IMG/VR virus record: IMGVR_UViG_3300025138_000025
Span: 1-64,000 of that record
Origin: a virus
DNA: 64,000 bases
Reading direction: 5' to 3' (one strand)
The stretch's first letter is position 1. Each line of letters opens with the position of its first letter. The position numbers and the translations under genes are program-made. The notes under the pieces are model-generated. The model saw nothing but the letters and a program-made list of their open reading frames with translations. It was not told the origin of the DNA and did not search any database. Shown here in pieces: positions 9,069 to 18,249 of the stretch.

Positions 9069-10859
9069 CTATTTTCGTATGGTATAGATTTTAACTGGTT
9101 CCGACTTGCCTTTGACAGTCACCTCGTCTAGAAATTCATAATCGTAGCCATCTACTAAACTGTGCTCTGATATAATTAAATCTGCGTCGTATTCTTTACA
9201 ACTTGATTCTAGCCTTGCAGCCAAATTAACAGAGTCACCAAGGACACTATAATCAAACCGTGTAGTACTACCAAAGTTGCCAACGACACAGAGTCCTGTG
9301 TTAATTCCCGCTCCTGTATTAATCTCATCCAGGCCTTCTTCTCTGAGTTTTTCATTCAATTCTCCTAAGGCTACTCTCATTTCAATAGCCGCTGCTGTAG
9401 CATTCTCTACGTGTTTTTCGTCAGGAAGAGGAGCACCCCAAAATGCCATGATGCAGTCTCCCATATATTTATCTATTGTACCACCGTGTTTAAGTATTAT
9501 CTCAGTCTGATTGTCAAGAAAACGGTTAATGAGACTCGTAAGACCTTGTGGATCTTTCTGGTATTTTTCAGAGATGGGAGTAAATCCTCGAATATCCGAA
9601 AAAAGAAAAGTTAGTCGTTCTGTGAACCCACCCAATCTCAGTAATGTTGGGTCCTCCTGTAATTTTTTTACAAGGTCGGGGCTAACATACGTTCCAAATT
9701 GTTGTTTGATTCGAAGTTTCTGCAAATACTCTGTAATGAAACTCTTGAAAGTTACAATACTCCAAAACAAAATGGAGATAATTACGACACCACTAAGGTC
9801 AATCAAGTAAGAAGATTTATAAGCTTCCAGGACTGCGTAAATACAACCACCGATTACGATAATTATCATAGGTAGTGAGAAATAAACGCTTCTTGATGCT
9901 AGTAAAATCAGCAGTAGAGCCAAAACTGCAGCTCCCAGCTCTACTGTGACATTCCATGTCGGGATGGATGGTGATGTACCTTCAATAAGGTTGTGTAATA
10001 GGTTAGCTTGCAACTCATGTGGGAACTTTGGTCCTGCTGGAGTCGCTACTGGGTTGACAATTCCTTCTGCCGTAACTCCGATTATAATAAAAGGAGCATT
10101 TATAGGCGCTTCCATAAACTCTGAAGCGGATTGTCTGGTAAAATTGGTATTCCAGTCAAGGAATATGCGTGAATAAGAATCAGTTGTTATGGTTGGGTAG
10201 TTTGGTATTCTTACTGACTCGATTCCTGAGAGGCCAGTACGTAATTGATACGACGGATCTCCAACTCCCACGCGTAAAAGTTCTAAAGCGAAGGATGGGT
10301 ATAACTTATCTTGTACATTTACAACAAGAGGCACTCTTCTTGTGACTCCATCGAGCTCAGGGGTTGCTGTAACGATACCTGCGCCGGAACGAGTTAGTGA
10401 TAAATTCTTCTCAGTACGTATTATGCCAGGATATTTAAACAACCATGGTGTAGGATCCTCTCCTAACTGTGCAGTGCCTACATGAGGACCGCTTTTCTCT
10501 GATTGTAGAGATACTGCTGAAGCCAAAACAGTCGATACTCGATTCATAGCAGTTGCTAGTCTTACATCATTAGCTGGATTACGCAAGTCTGGGTCTGGCA
10601 TCAACACTGTGATACCAGGCACAGCACTTGTTCTTTCTATAATAGATGCGTATAAGTCTCTCGGTAATGGATAACCTCCGTATGCTTCTACGATTTCTTC
10701 ATCAAGGTCTATTATAAGAATATTCTCATTTTGTACTGGTTCGTCAGACATTATGAGATAGTCAAATACTTTTAGTTCTAGTATTTGTAAAGGGGTAGGA
10801 TTCCAAATTAGGATTCCTAAGAAAAGGGACATAAGTCCTAAATTAATAAGTTTATTCAT
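9069..10859 (-). CDS. CHASE2-domain class III adenylate cyclase
   Basis: CHASE2 (ILIIDLDEE, YPLPR, DGVTRRVPL), three TM helices, catalytic FSDIRGFT, DKYMGDCIMAFWG and DYSVLGDSVNLAARLE with ATP-specifying K/D. Confidence 0.93.
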   Translation of the reverse strand: MNKLINLGLMSLFLGILIWNPTPLQILELKVFDYLIMSDEPVQNENILIIDLDEEIVEAYGGYPLPRDLYASIIERTSAVPGITVLMPDPDLRNPANDVRLATAMNRVSTVLASAVSLQSEKSGPHVGTAQLGEDPTPWLFKYPGIIRTEKNLSLTRSGAGIVTATPELDGVTRRVPLVVNVQDKLYPSFALELLRVGVGDPSYQLRTGLSGIESVRIPNYPTITTDSYSRIFLDWNTNFTRQSASEFMEAPINAPFIIIGVTAEGIVNPVATPAGPKFPHELQANLLHNLIEGTSPSIPTWNVTVELGAAVLALLLILLASRSVYFSLPMIIIVIGGCIYAVLEAYKSSYLIDLSGVVIISILFWSIVTFKSFITEYLQKLRIKQQFGTYVSPDLVKKLQEDPTLLRLGGFTERLTFLFSDIRGFTPISEKYQKDPQGLTSLINRFLDNQTEIILKHGGTIDKYMGDCIMAFWGAPLPDEKHVENATAAAIEMRVALGELNEKLREEGLDEINTGAGINTGLCVVGNFGSTTRFDYSVLGDSVNLAARLESSCKEYDADLIISEHSLVDGYDYEFLDEVTVKGKSEPVKIYTIRK

Positions 10860-11029
10860 GATACATATAAGTTAATAACTGTAAACGATAATATCATAAA
10901 TCCAAATACGCATACTTGGACTATTGACATCCAAACGATTTGTTTCATGGGATGTACGTCTACTATTTTTTCTACCCAGTCTTCACTAGGTGCTAGGTTT
11001 ACGACCTGTAGGATTTTTTCTTCTTTCAT
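10856..11029 (-). CDS. Small membrane protein
   Basis: Coupled ORF with a C-terminal TM helix. Confidence 0.55.
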   Translation of the reverse strand: MKEEKILQVVNLAPSEDWVEKIVDVHPMKQIVWMSIVQVCVFGFMILSFTVINLYVS

Positions 11030-11820
11030 TGTTGTGTGATTGTTATTGTTTTTGTACATTCTGACGTACAGTTAAAAGTTGCAGTATAAGATTGATTCGT
11101 AGCACCAGACTGTGTTACTCCTACATCATATCCTGTTGTATAAAATTTCATATTTGCTACATGAGCTCCTGCTCCATATTGTGTTAAGTCTACTTCATTA
11201 TCAGAGTTGTAAAAGAATATGTCTGCATCTTTATTTCCAGTACCATATTGAGTTACATTAGCCGTGTTACGGTGCGCAGCACCATTTCCATAAATATAAG
11301 AATTATGTTGGCCAGTACCATACTGAGAAACAGTGATATTAGAATCGTCACCGAAAAAGAATATTTTACTATATTTGTTGTTTCCTGTTTGAGTAGTTGA
11401 ATAAACATTATCGTCTCCTGAGCCTAATGATTCCGAATGGTTATCATTCCCTGTTTGAGTAACGGTTACTGTATTGTCGTCTTCGTCTTGGTCAACATAT
11501 GCATAGTTATCATTTCCGTCTATAGTTACGGTAGTAGAGTTTCCTATGTTATTTGACCATACAGTAAACATCTTAACATTATTACTATTACCTTCTACTA
11601 TACTGCTCCATGTAGCATTTGTACAGCTGTGAGAACTATAATTAGCTCCTAGAATAGCACCTCCAGAATTTGCTCCGCAAAGAATAGTGGTAGTATTACC
11701 ATTGCCAATTTGTTTAGTAGTAATTTGATTGTTAGTACCTTTAGTAATAATTGTAGTAGAGTTATCTCCTGCAAAACTAAGGGGACTGATTAATAATAAT
11801 AACGTTATCGCCCGCACCAT
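11026..11820 (-). CDS. Curlin-repeat protein (CsgA/CsgB-like)
   Basis: Signal peptide; repeats of the type TQTGNDN, TQTGNN, SQYGTG, TQYGAG. Confidence 0.8.
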   Translation of the reverse strand: MVRAITLLLLISPLSFAGDNSTTIITKGTNNQITTKQIGNGNTTTILCGANSGGAILGANYSSHSCTNATWSSIVEGNSNNVKMFTVWSNNIGNSTTVTIDGNDNYAYVDQDEDDNTVTVTQTGNDNHSESLGSGDDNVYSTTQTGNNKYSKIFFFGDDSNITVSQYGTGQHNSYIYGNGAAHRNTANVTQYGTGNKDADIFFYNSDNEVDLTQYGAGAHVANMKFYTTGYDVGVTQSGATNQSYTATFNCTSECTKTITITQQ

Positions 11821-12877
11821 TTATACTTACCTCCATAATTACTCCTGCATTGTCAATATATAAATAAGTACCTGCGTTTGTGTCGATACCTATATCGTAG
11901 TTGTTTTGTCCTTCATGTACAAAATAAATTATATCTCCTTCAACAAATGTGTAGGTTTGGTATACTGGATCGAATCCTCCTATGATACCTTCTAACTCTA
12001 CTCCATTTAGCTGAGAAGCCTGTGAGCCTTTCTTATTTGTAGTCTCTACTAATGCTAATAAGTCTACGAGAAATTCTACACCTAATAAATCTATGTCTAG
12101 TCTTGTGACTTCTTTATCTTCTTCGTCACATTCTTCTACTAATGCATCACAGTCTAAATCTGGTGCATCGTCAAAGAAGTCTTTGTCTAATTCGGCAGTC
12201 GGTGATACTCCTGCTTCTTGTTCTTCAACAGCTTGTACTACTTCTTGGGGCTTATTTACTATAAGCATATTGTCAATCATTCCAAGTGTGATACCACTGA
12301 GTTTAACCTTGGGTGTTGGTCTTTGTTCGTATGTTGATACCATAGTAGCTTGAAAGGCCTCATTAAGAACCTCTACTCCTGCTGCTGTTGTTACTGTAAT
12401 CTCTCCTGATGAGTTTCCGAATTCATCGGGAAGTAGTATAACGAGGCTTCTTCCTAGCTCGTCTACTGTTGTTGTGAAATCTGTCCCACGAATACCTATT
12501 TGGGCTGTGGGAGTCTTTATGCTTATATTCTCTTTGTTCATTTTACCGAACTTTCCTGAAATAAACCTAGCTGTTCCAGACGCCATGTTGAGTGCCATTT
12601 TTGACTTGCTTGGGTCTGGATCATAAATGTATTCATCTATGATTAGTTTTGATTGTTCTGTGAGTCTTACAACTGAATTGTCTAAAAACTCAATGGCTAA
12701 TCTGCCGTTTCCTGTTCTAACATCATCGAAAGGGAGGATATCTGACTGTAGTTCTGCAGTCAAAGAGTCCCCAGAATCTCTTCTAGTTATCTCGCCGGTA
12801 CCCCGTAATTCAGATATCTCTCCTATTTCAGTTGACAAGGCCGAAACACTAAAAAGTGCTAACAGCCAGATGCGCAT
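11777..12877 (-). CDS. Secreted FecR-domain protein
   Basis: Signal peptide; DDVRTG..F.DNSVVRL..S.L.IDEY; TPTAQIGIRGTDF; acidic C-terminal half. Confidence 0.85.
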   Translation of the reverse strand: MRIWLLALFSVSALSTEIGEISELRGTGEITRRDSGDSLTAELQSDILPFDDVRTGNGRLAIEFLDNSVVRLTEQSKLIIDEYIYDPDPSKSKMALNMASGTARFISGKFGKMNKENISIKTPTAQIGIRGTDFTTTVDELGRSLVILLPDEFGNSSGEITVTTAAGVEVLNEAFQATMVSTYEQRPTPKVKLSGITLGMIDNMLIVNKPQEVVQAVEEQEAGVSPTAELDKDFFDDAPDLDCDALVEECDEEDKEVTRLDIDLLGVEFLVDLLALVETTNKKGSQASQLNGVELEGIIGGFDPVYQTYTFVEGDIIYFVHEGQNNYDIGIDTNAGTYLYIDNAGVIMEVSINGAGDNVIIINQSP

Positions 12878-13536
12878 TGGTCTACATTAATAGTACCACT
12901 TGATGTGGTAGATATTATGTTTGCAACGTTCGTACTTGCAGTATCAGTTTGGTCAATAGTTACAGTATTTGAGCTACCAGTTAATGCTACCGTAATAGCA
13001 TGGTCAGCTGAACCTGTTTGTAAAGTGGTTATAGTATTACTATTACCATCTATATCCCAATTATTAATACAACCCACAACCTCACAAACACCAGTAACAC
13101 TATTAGATGTACCAGTTATTGCAAAATCATTGTTTGCACCAGTAGCAGTTGAAGCTGCTCCTTGTGTCCAGACTAGTACGTTACTATCTCCGACTGTGAT
13201 ATAATCAAAATCTGAGCTAGCTGCATCACCTGTGGCTCCAACAGCTAAAGTAGCTGAGTTAGAATCACCAGTAACGCGGTACGTCCAACTGGATGAGTTG
13301 CCTTGTAGGATAGAAGCTAGAAAGGAGTTAGTATCTCCAATCTGGTCTATATCTACTGTCATAGATGTACCTGACAAAGTTGCTCTTGCAGAAGTTGTAC
13401 CAATTGTATTAGTAGCACCTATCTGGTCAATAGTCAATGTAAGTCCTGTACCTGTCTGGGTGATATAAATATCATTGTTCCCAGCGAACGCTGTAAAAGA
13501 TAGACATATCGCGAATAGTCCTAGTATCTTTTTCAT
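12859..13536 (-). CDS. Curlin-like secreted protein
   Basis: Signal peptide MKKILGLF..AFA; IYITQTG..IDQIGATN repeats; S/T/N/G-rich; directly downstream of csgG. Confidence 0.75.
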   Translation of the reverse strand: MKKILGLFAICLSFTAFAGNNDIYITQTGTGLTLTIDQIGATNTIGTTSARATLSGTSMTVDIDQIGDTNSFLASILQGNSSSWTYRVTGDSNSATLAVGATGDAASSDFDYITVGDSNVLVWTQGAASTATGANNDFAITGTSNSVTGVCEVVGCINNWDIDGNSNTITTLQTGSADHAITVALTGSSNTVTIDQTDTASTNVANIISTTSSGTINVDQCASGC

Positions 13537-13537
13537 T

Positions 13538-14392
13538 CTATTTTTCTCCCAGGCTTGAGTAATTAAAATCCCAAACCTCTTTTTCGAGGCCTTGAACAAC
13601 TAAACCGTATACAGCTGCTTCAATAGCAGCTCTTGTGGCGTGTCCAACAGCTTCGTTTTCCGTATAGCCACTTTCGATTTCAACGAGTTCTGTACCAAGT
13701 TCTATGAACCTGAATACATCGCCTCCACCTCCAGTAGACAATATGGTTTTTGTGGTTGTAACATTTAACAAGACTTCTCCTGTCTGAACTAATACTGCTC
13801 TTAATGTTACTGTAACGATATCTTCACGATATTGATTTTTCATACCGATACCTAAGTATCGAGCACCGTTACCACCAGTTCTTATGTTAGTGTCATAACT
13901 AATTATTCCACCTTCAATAATCATCCCTGCATATAACAGGGGTTTTAAAATTGTTTTTGCATCACTGCCACCACCGTAATTTTCAAAGGTAGTTCGCACT
14001 AATTGTCTTTCTTTCGTAAGTCCATCCAAACCTGTTCTTTCTACAACTACAAACCAGTTACCTCTACCAGCATCTCTAAGTGCTTCGATTAGTATATGGT
14101 GTGGGCCTTGCGTCACTGCAGTACTGAAACTAGCAATGTTATCTCCACCTTTTCTTTGACCTGTTAAGTCATTGAATTGGTAGACGGCTACTATAGTTTT
14201 TTGGTTTGGGTATGGTAAATTCAACAACTGCTCTGTAGCAGATGTTTGTATAACAGGACCTTGCGTACAGGCTAAGAAATCGCCATTGCAGTCCATGTTT
14301 GATTTAGGCATGCCAATTACAGCACAGCCTTGTAGTATTAGTAATATTGAGAGTAACTTAACCGCTTGCACAATCTGAAAAACATCCACCAA
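13538..14392 (-). CDS. csgG: Curli secretion channel CsgG
   Basis: Lipobox LQGC; VAVYQFNDLTGQRK, FSTAVTQG, WFVVVER.GL, GGNGARYLGIG. Confidence 0.93.
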   Translation of the reverse strand: MVDVFQIVQAVKLLSILLILQGCAVIGMPKSNMDCNGDFLACTQGPVIQTSATEQLLNLPYPNQKTIVAVYQFNDLTGQRKGGDNIASFSTAVTQGPHHILIEALRDAGRGNWFVVVERTGLDGLTKERQLVRTTFENYGGGSDAKTILKPLLYAGMIIEGGIISYDTNIRTGGNGARYLGIGMKNQYREDIVTVTLRAVLVQTGEVLLNVTTTKTILSTGGGGDVFRFIELGTELVEIESGYTENEAVGHATRAAIEAAVYGLVVQGLEKEVWDFNYSSLGEK

Positions 14393-14849
14393 ACTGTCCT
14401 ACTGGTATTACAATCGTAGTAGTAGAAAGTAGAACTCCATCCATCCATTCTTCGACAGTCAATGTAATATTGACGCCATCGTTCATCCAGATGATTCTAT
14501 TTCCTTCTAACCAGATTTCTCCAAATATAGGATTTTCTAAGGTGCCTGGAGTATCATAATTAAATAAGGACTCCGAGATATCTTTCGCAAGTGTAGAGTA
14601 AATTCTACTTTCTAAGTTTCTTAGGAATTTTGCAAGTGTTGTGTTTTCAGCTTCTCTTTGAGCTTCGTCTAAAGCATCCTGAGCTTTTTGTGCTAGTGCT
14701 TCTTTTCTTGTTCTTTCTTGTTCATCAATAGTTAAATAGTGTGCAGATTGATTAATCCCACTAAAACTAGGTGATCCGAATTTATGTACCAGTTCCGTTG
14801 CGTTTACTGTCGTTGCTAGTACTATTAGTGTTATTACGCTTTTTTTCAT
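14358..14849 (-). CDS. csgF: Curli assembly protein CsgF
   Basis: Signal peptide followed by ELVHKFGSPSFSG; FLRNLESRIYSTLA; adjacent to csgG. Confidence 0.85.
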   Translation of the reverse strand: MKKSVITLIVLATTVNATELVHKFGSPSFSGINQSAHYLTIDEQERTRKEALAQKAQDALDEAQREAENTTLAKFLRNLESRIYSTLAKDISESLFNYDTPGTLENPIFGEIWLEGNRIIWMNDGVNITLTVEEWMDGVLLSTTTIVIPVGQFGGCFSDCASG

Positions 14850-15078
14850 TTTCTTTCATCTGTAAAACAGTGTTTACCTTTTGCTGTAAACGAATCATAT
14901 CGTTGTCGAGCATACGTATTTGGTCTATCAGCTTTATTAGTGCGAAATGCATTCCTTTTATTGCTGGCCCAATCACGTTTGTCATTGTGTGCCAGACATA
15001 GTATACGAAATATCCAAGTCCCACCATTGCGACTACAGGAAAACCAAATTCTTCAACATAAAATACTATAGTTTCCAT
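14782..15078 (-). CDS. Membrane coiled-coil protein (paralog of 15078-15374)
   Basis: FGFPVVA TM helix; MLDNDMIRL. Confidence 0.65.
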   Translation of the reverse strand: METIVFYVEEFGFPVVAMVGLGYFVYYVWHTMTNVIGPAIKGMHFALIKLIDQIRMLDNDMIRLQQKVNTVLQMKENEKKRNNTNSTSNDSKRNGTGT

Positions 15079-15374
15079 TAATCTCTCCTGACGTCTAGTT
15101 TTCCATCCTCTACGAAGTTTTCTGCTCTAGCAATTCTATCTAAATCTGGTGTAAGTTCTAGAGCGCTGCTTACACTAGTGTCCAATCTAATCATATCATT
15201 ATTCATTGTTTTAATTCTGGTTACGAGACTTTCGGTAAAACCTTTTAGTGTACCTATCTGTCCAACTACTCCAGACATTATCTGTTTCATGATTATAAAT
15301 ATAAAAGCTCCAGCTGCCAAAGCCCCTGCTATAGGGGCTCCGAGGTCAGCTATTAGACTAAATGCCTGTTCCAT
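15078..15374 (-). CDS. Membrane coiled-coil protein
   Basis: LGAPIAG TM helix; TMNNDMIRL. Confidence 0.65.
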   Translation of the reverse strand: MEQAFSLIADLGAPIAGALAAGAFIFIIMKQIMSGVVGQIGTLKGFTESLVTRIKTMNNDMIRLDTSVSSALELTPDLDRIARAENFVEDGKLDVRRD

Positions 15375-15953
15375 TTACCAAACGTACGCAAGACCAACTA
15401 ATTGTTCCTCTTCGTAAACTGTTAAGTTTACTTTTAGTTTGTTCGACATCATCCACTCTACTTTTGCTCCATACATATCCATATCCATTGTATCGGACAT
15501 ATGCATTACGTCAACACCCCAGGTGCCACCGTCCCACAAATTAAAGCCCATTTCTAGATATTCTGCATCAGTGTCCATATCTTTGAACCAGTTCATATCG
15601 ACTTTCCAGAAGTCCACTCCAACTCTAGTCTCTTCGAAACTAGGTAAAGTTTTATCCATATAGTCGTATTTAAAATAGCTAAGATTTACACCTAACCATC
15701 CAAGCTGTTTATACCAGCCAACGAACAAATCCAGTTCGACATCTGTTTCGTCATTAAACTCAACATTGCCTACGAATACTCCTGCGTATAGACCGTTATC
15801 CATCCAAGCACTAGAAGTGTGGTACCACGAAGGTCCGTTTTGAGTTTGAGTTACCCCTCTCCAAACGTAGTCCGATGCTACTCCAGTTTCATGTGTTATG
15901 TCTGCAAACGCAAACATTGGTACTGCTAAGAGCAGTGATAATAGTTTATTCAT
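15375..15953 (-). CDS. Outer-membrane beta-barrel, TIGR02001/Gcw_chp (TorF-like) porin
   Basis: Signal peptide, SDYVWRGVTQT, ELDLFVG, terminal aromatic AYVW. Confidence 0.8.
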   Translation of the reverse strand: MNKLLSLLLAVPMFAFADITHETGVASDYVWRGVTQTQNGPSWYHTSSAWMDNGLYAGVFVGNVEFNDETDVELDLFVGWYKQLGWLGVNLSYFKYDYMDKTLPSFEETRVGVDFWKVDMNWFKDMDTDAEYLEMGFNLWDGGTWGVDVMHMSDTMDMDMYGAKVEWMMSNKLKVNLTVYEEEQLVGLAYVW

Positions 15954-15954
15954 A

Positions 15955-16281
15955 TTAGAATCCTACTGATTGACCACAGCCACAGGCCGCAGTCGCTTGT
16001 GGATTAACGAATTTAAATTCTTCGTTAAGTCCGTTTGTTTGGTAGTCCAAGACTACCTCGTTTAGATAAGCATATGACATAGAATCGATTATTATTTTAA
16101 TATCACCTTTATAATACGTGTAATGGTCATTGTGACCGTTCTTAACGCCATCATCAGCAAAATCAAAGATGTACTCGAAACCAGCACAACCGTTTGGGCG
16201 CAGAGCGATAAAAAAGCTAGTATTGCCTTCTTGTGCTGCTCTTTCCAAAAGTTTTTCATATGCTATATCCGTGACTTCCAT
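15955..16281 (-). CDS. iscA: A-type Fe-S cluster carrier protein
   Basis: GCAGFEY and NPQATAACGCGQS. Confidence 0.92.
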   Translation of the reverse strand: MEVTDIAYEKLLERAAQEGNTSFFIALRPNGCAGFEYIFDFADDGVKNGHNDHYTYYKGDIKIIIDSMSYAYLNEVVLDYQTNGLNEEFKFVNPQATAACGCGQSVGF

Positions 16282-16294
16282 TTAAGTTATTAGT

Positions 16295-16738
16295 TTAAAG
16301 ACTTTCGGCAGTCGTCCTGCCTTCATCAGTCTGTGAAATTTTTTCCACATTCTTATCCTCCCAGTTTTGTATAGCACTCTTAATACTACCTTCTGCTAGA
16401 ACGGAACAATGTAATTTGATAGGCGGTAAATCAAGTGCAGTCGCAATGTCCTTGTCTTTGATTTCCTTAGCTTCTTCTATTGTCTTACCTTTCAACATCT
16501 CTACAAACATAGTAGATGATGCAATAGCAGACCCACAACCATACGTCTTAAATTTGACGTCTACGATTATGTCCTGCTCATTTAATTTTAATTGTAACTT
16601 CATGACGTCGCCACATGCTGGGGCTCCTATCATTCCGGTGGCTACAGCGGGGTCTTTTGGATCGAACCTGCCCACGCTAAATTGTTTTGGACTTGCCAAA
16701 ACATCGTAAAACCTTTTAGTTACTTCCTTGCTGTACAA
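16295..16738 (-). CDS. iscU: Fe-S cluster scaffold protein
   Basis: GAPACGDVM, FKTYGCGSAIASS, LPPIKLHCSVLA. Confidence 0.95.
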   Translation of the reverse strand: MYSKEVTKRFYDVLASPKQFSVGRFDPKDPAVATGMIGAPACGDVMKLQLKLNEQDIIVDVKFKTYGCGSAIASSTMFVEMLKGKTIEEAKEIKDKDIATALDLPPIKLHCSVLAEGSIKSAIQNWEDKNVEKISQTDEGRTTAESL

Positions 16739-16922
16739 TTTTTTTAATTCCTAATACATAGTTTTCTGCGCAGTCCTCTGCCCATGACTCACTATGTCCT
16801 GGATATAGCTCTTTGGCTATATGTTTATCTTTCTTGTAAAAATTACATCCGTACACTCCATTTTCCAGAAATGTTTCTGCACTCTTTTTACCATCCATAT
16901 AATTACTTAACAACATTATCAT
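16716..16922 (-). CDS. Hypothetical protein
   Basis: HSESWAEDCAENYVLG; coupled ORF. Confidence 0.65.
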   Translation of the reverse strand: MIMLLSNYMDGKKSAETFLENGVYGCNFYKKDKHIAKELYPGHSESWAEDCAENYVLGIKKIVQQGSN

Positions 16923-17379
16923 CCTCCTTTAAAAGTTTCTCCATAAGTTTTCCATAATTACCTTGTCCGAAAGGTAGTTCTGAATTAATTTGTACATTTG
17001 TCTGATTCTTGATATTTGATGCTTTTGCCTTCTCAAGTTCTGTCATAGCCTTCATTTCGTCGACACGCATTTTGTGTGCCATTACGTACAGATCGGCTAG
17101 ATCTTTGTTTGTATAGATTTGTGATTCTTCTGCTTCTTCAAGCTTCCGTTCTATTAGGTCGTCTAGTGAGTTTGCTAGTTTGAATCGATTGCGATAACCA
17201 GTGTCCAGATAGACTTGGTCTATATATGCTTTTATTTCTCGTTTGTTTAACATTTCCGAGACTTTAGCTGTGTCCATTTTTAGACGGGCGCAAACTGCTG
17301 GGACATTACCAACTTCTAAATAAGTATTAGCAATGGTTAATCCCTCTGGAGACATCTTGGTTGCGATTTCATTCTTCAT
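16903..17379 (-). CDS. terS: Terminase small subunit (T5-type)
   Basis: MSPEG..YL, GYRNR, RKLEE.EE, AHKMR..EMK...LEKAK, NQTNVQ match T5 TerS as recalled. Confidence 0.85.
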   Translation of the reverse strand: MKNEIATKMSPEGLTIANTYLEVGNVPAVCARLKMDTAKVSEMLNKREIKAYIDQVYLDTGYRNRFKLANSLDDLIERKLEEAEESQIYTNKDLADLYVMAHKMRVDEMKAMTELEKAKASNIKNQTNVQINSELPFGQGNYGKLMEKLLKEDDNVVK

Positions 17380-17385
17380 ATGTGA

Positions 17386-17414
17386 ATTATATCAAATTTT
17401 CGAGGGGAAGTCAA
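17386..17414 (-). promoter_or_regulatory. Promoter TTGACT-17-TATAAT for the terS/isc/curli operon
   Basis: Consensus hexamers; the ATG lies 6 nt after the -10 box (leaderless). Confidence 0.85.
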
Positions 17415-17869
17415 GAATTATTTTTGTTGGGTATATGGGAAAGACCCCGTGGTTCGAGCATATACTAAGCTTCCTTTGAAGTCCGTGTAAGAGAGTATCA
17501 TTATGATACGCCAATGGCCCTTTTACCAAACAGTCAAAATTTTTTAAAGTTGTACATGCGGAGGGGCCGCCAGGCTCTGGGCAAATCAGGTCTAATATCC
17601 CCCCTATTTGGGTGGCAAATAACTGCATATTTAACCTCGAAATTACTGGTAATTTCATAGCGAAATCGCTTATAATATTCCTATAGGGAGGGAAAACTCG
17701 TTCACAATCCCACAAGGCGAAATCCTTGTCGCACTCGAAAGACGTAAAGCGATACACAAAGAGGTTAACAAAGGTTGATGAATTTTATATCCCTTTATTA
17801 TCTAGCTAGACAATTACGATTGGGTAGCAAAAACAGAATTACAAAATAAACATTACAAGGAGAATTACT

Positions 17870-18034
17870 ATGACGAATATTAATAACCAATTATCAAATG
17901 ATAATTTAATAATGATGATTGAAAGCAAACAATCAGAACTTGAAATTGCTAAAGGGGTAGATATGGAAACATACTACAAAATACAATCTGAGCTTTTAGA
18001 TTTACTATTAGCTTATTATGAAGGGGGTGCATAA
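17870..18034 (+). CDS. Pre-early small protein (not in the ORF track)
   Basis: AAGGAG SD, MTNINNQLS..., TAATG overlap with the next ORF. Confidence 0.65.
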   Translation: MTNINNQLSNDNLIMMIESKQSELEIAKGVDMETYYKIQSELLDLLLAYYEGGA

Positions 18035-18249
18035 TGCACGAACGACTAAGAATGAAATTACTCAAACTCAAACATGGGTTTGAGTATGAGAGAACTAAGA
18101 TAAGACAAGAGAAAGACTTGTTCATTGAGAAGATTGGTAAACAATCTAAAATGACGAAAGCTATTGGTAAACAATTAAAAGATTACCAACACGCCATTAA
18201 TCAACTCAATGGAAAAATCAGAACTCTTAAACAATGGTTAGCGAAATGA
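18034..18249 (+). CDS. Pre-early coiled-coil protein
   Basis: Coupled ORF. Confidence 0.6.
   Translation: MHERLRMKLLKLKHGFEYERTKIRQEKDLFIEKIGKQSKMTKAIGKQLKDYQHAINQLNGKIRTLKQWLAK

Noticed and set aside
9069-16738. Host chromosomal contamination or prophage boundary
   Set aside because: The genes are overlap-coupled to terS, flanked by phage-type promoters and embedded between terS and terL; no integrase or att site is seen
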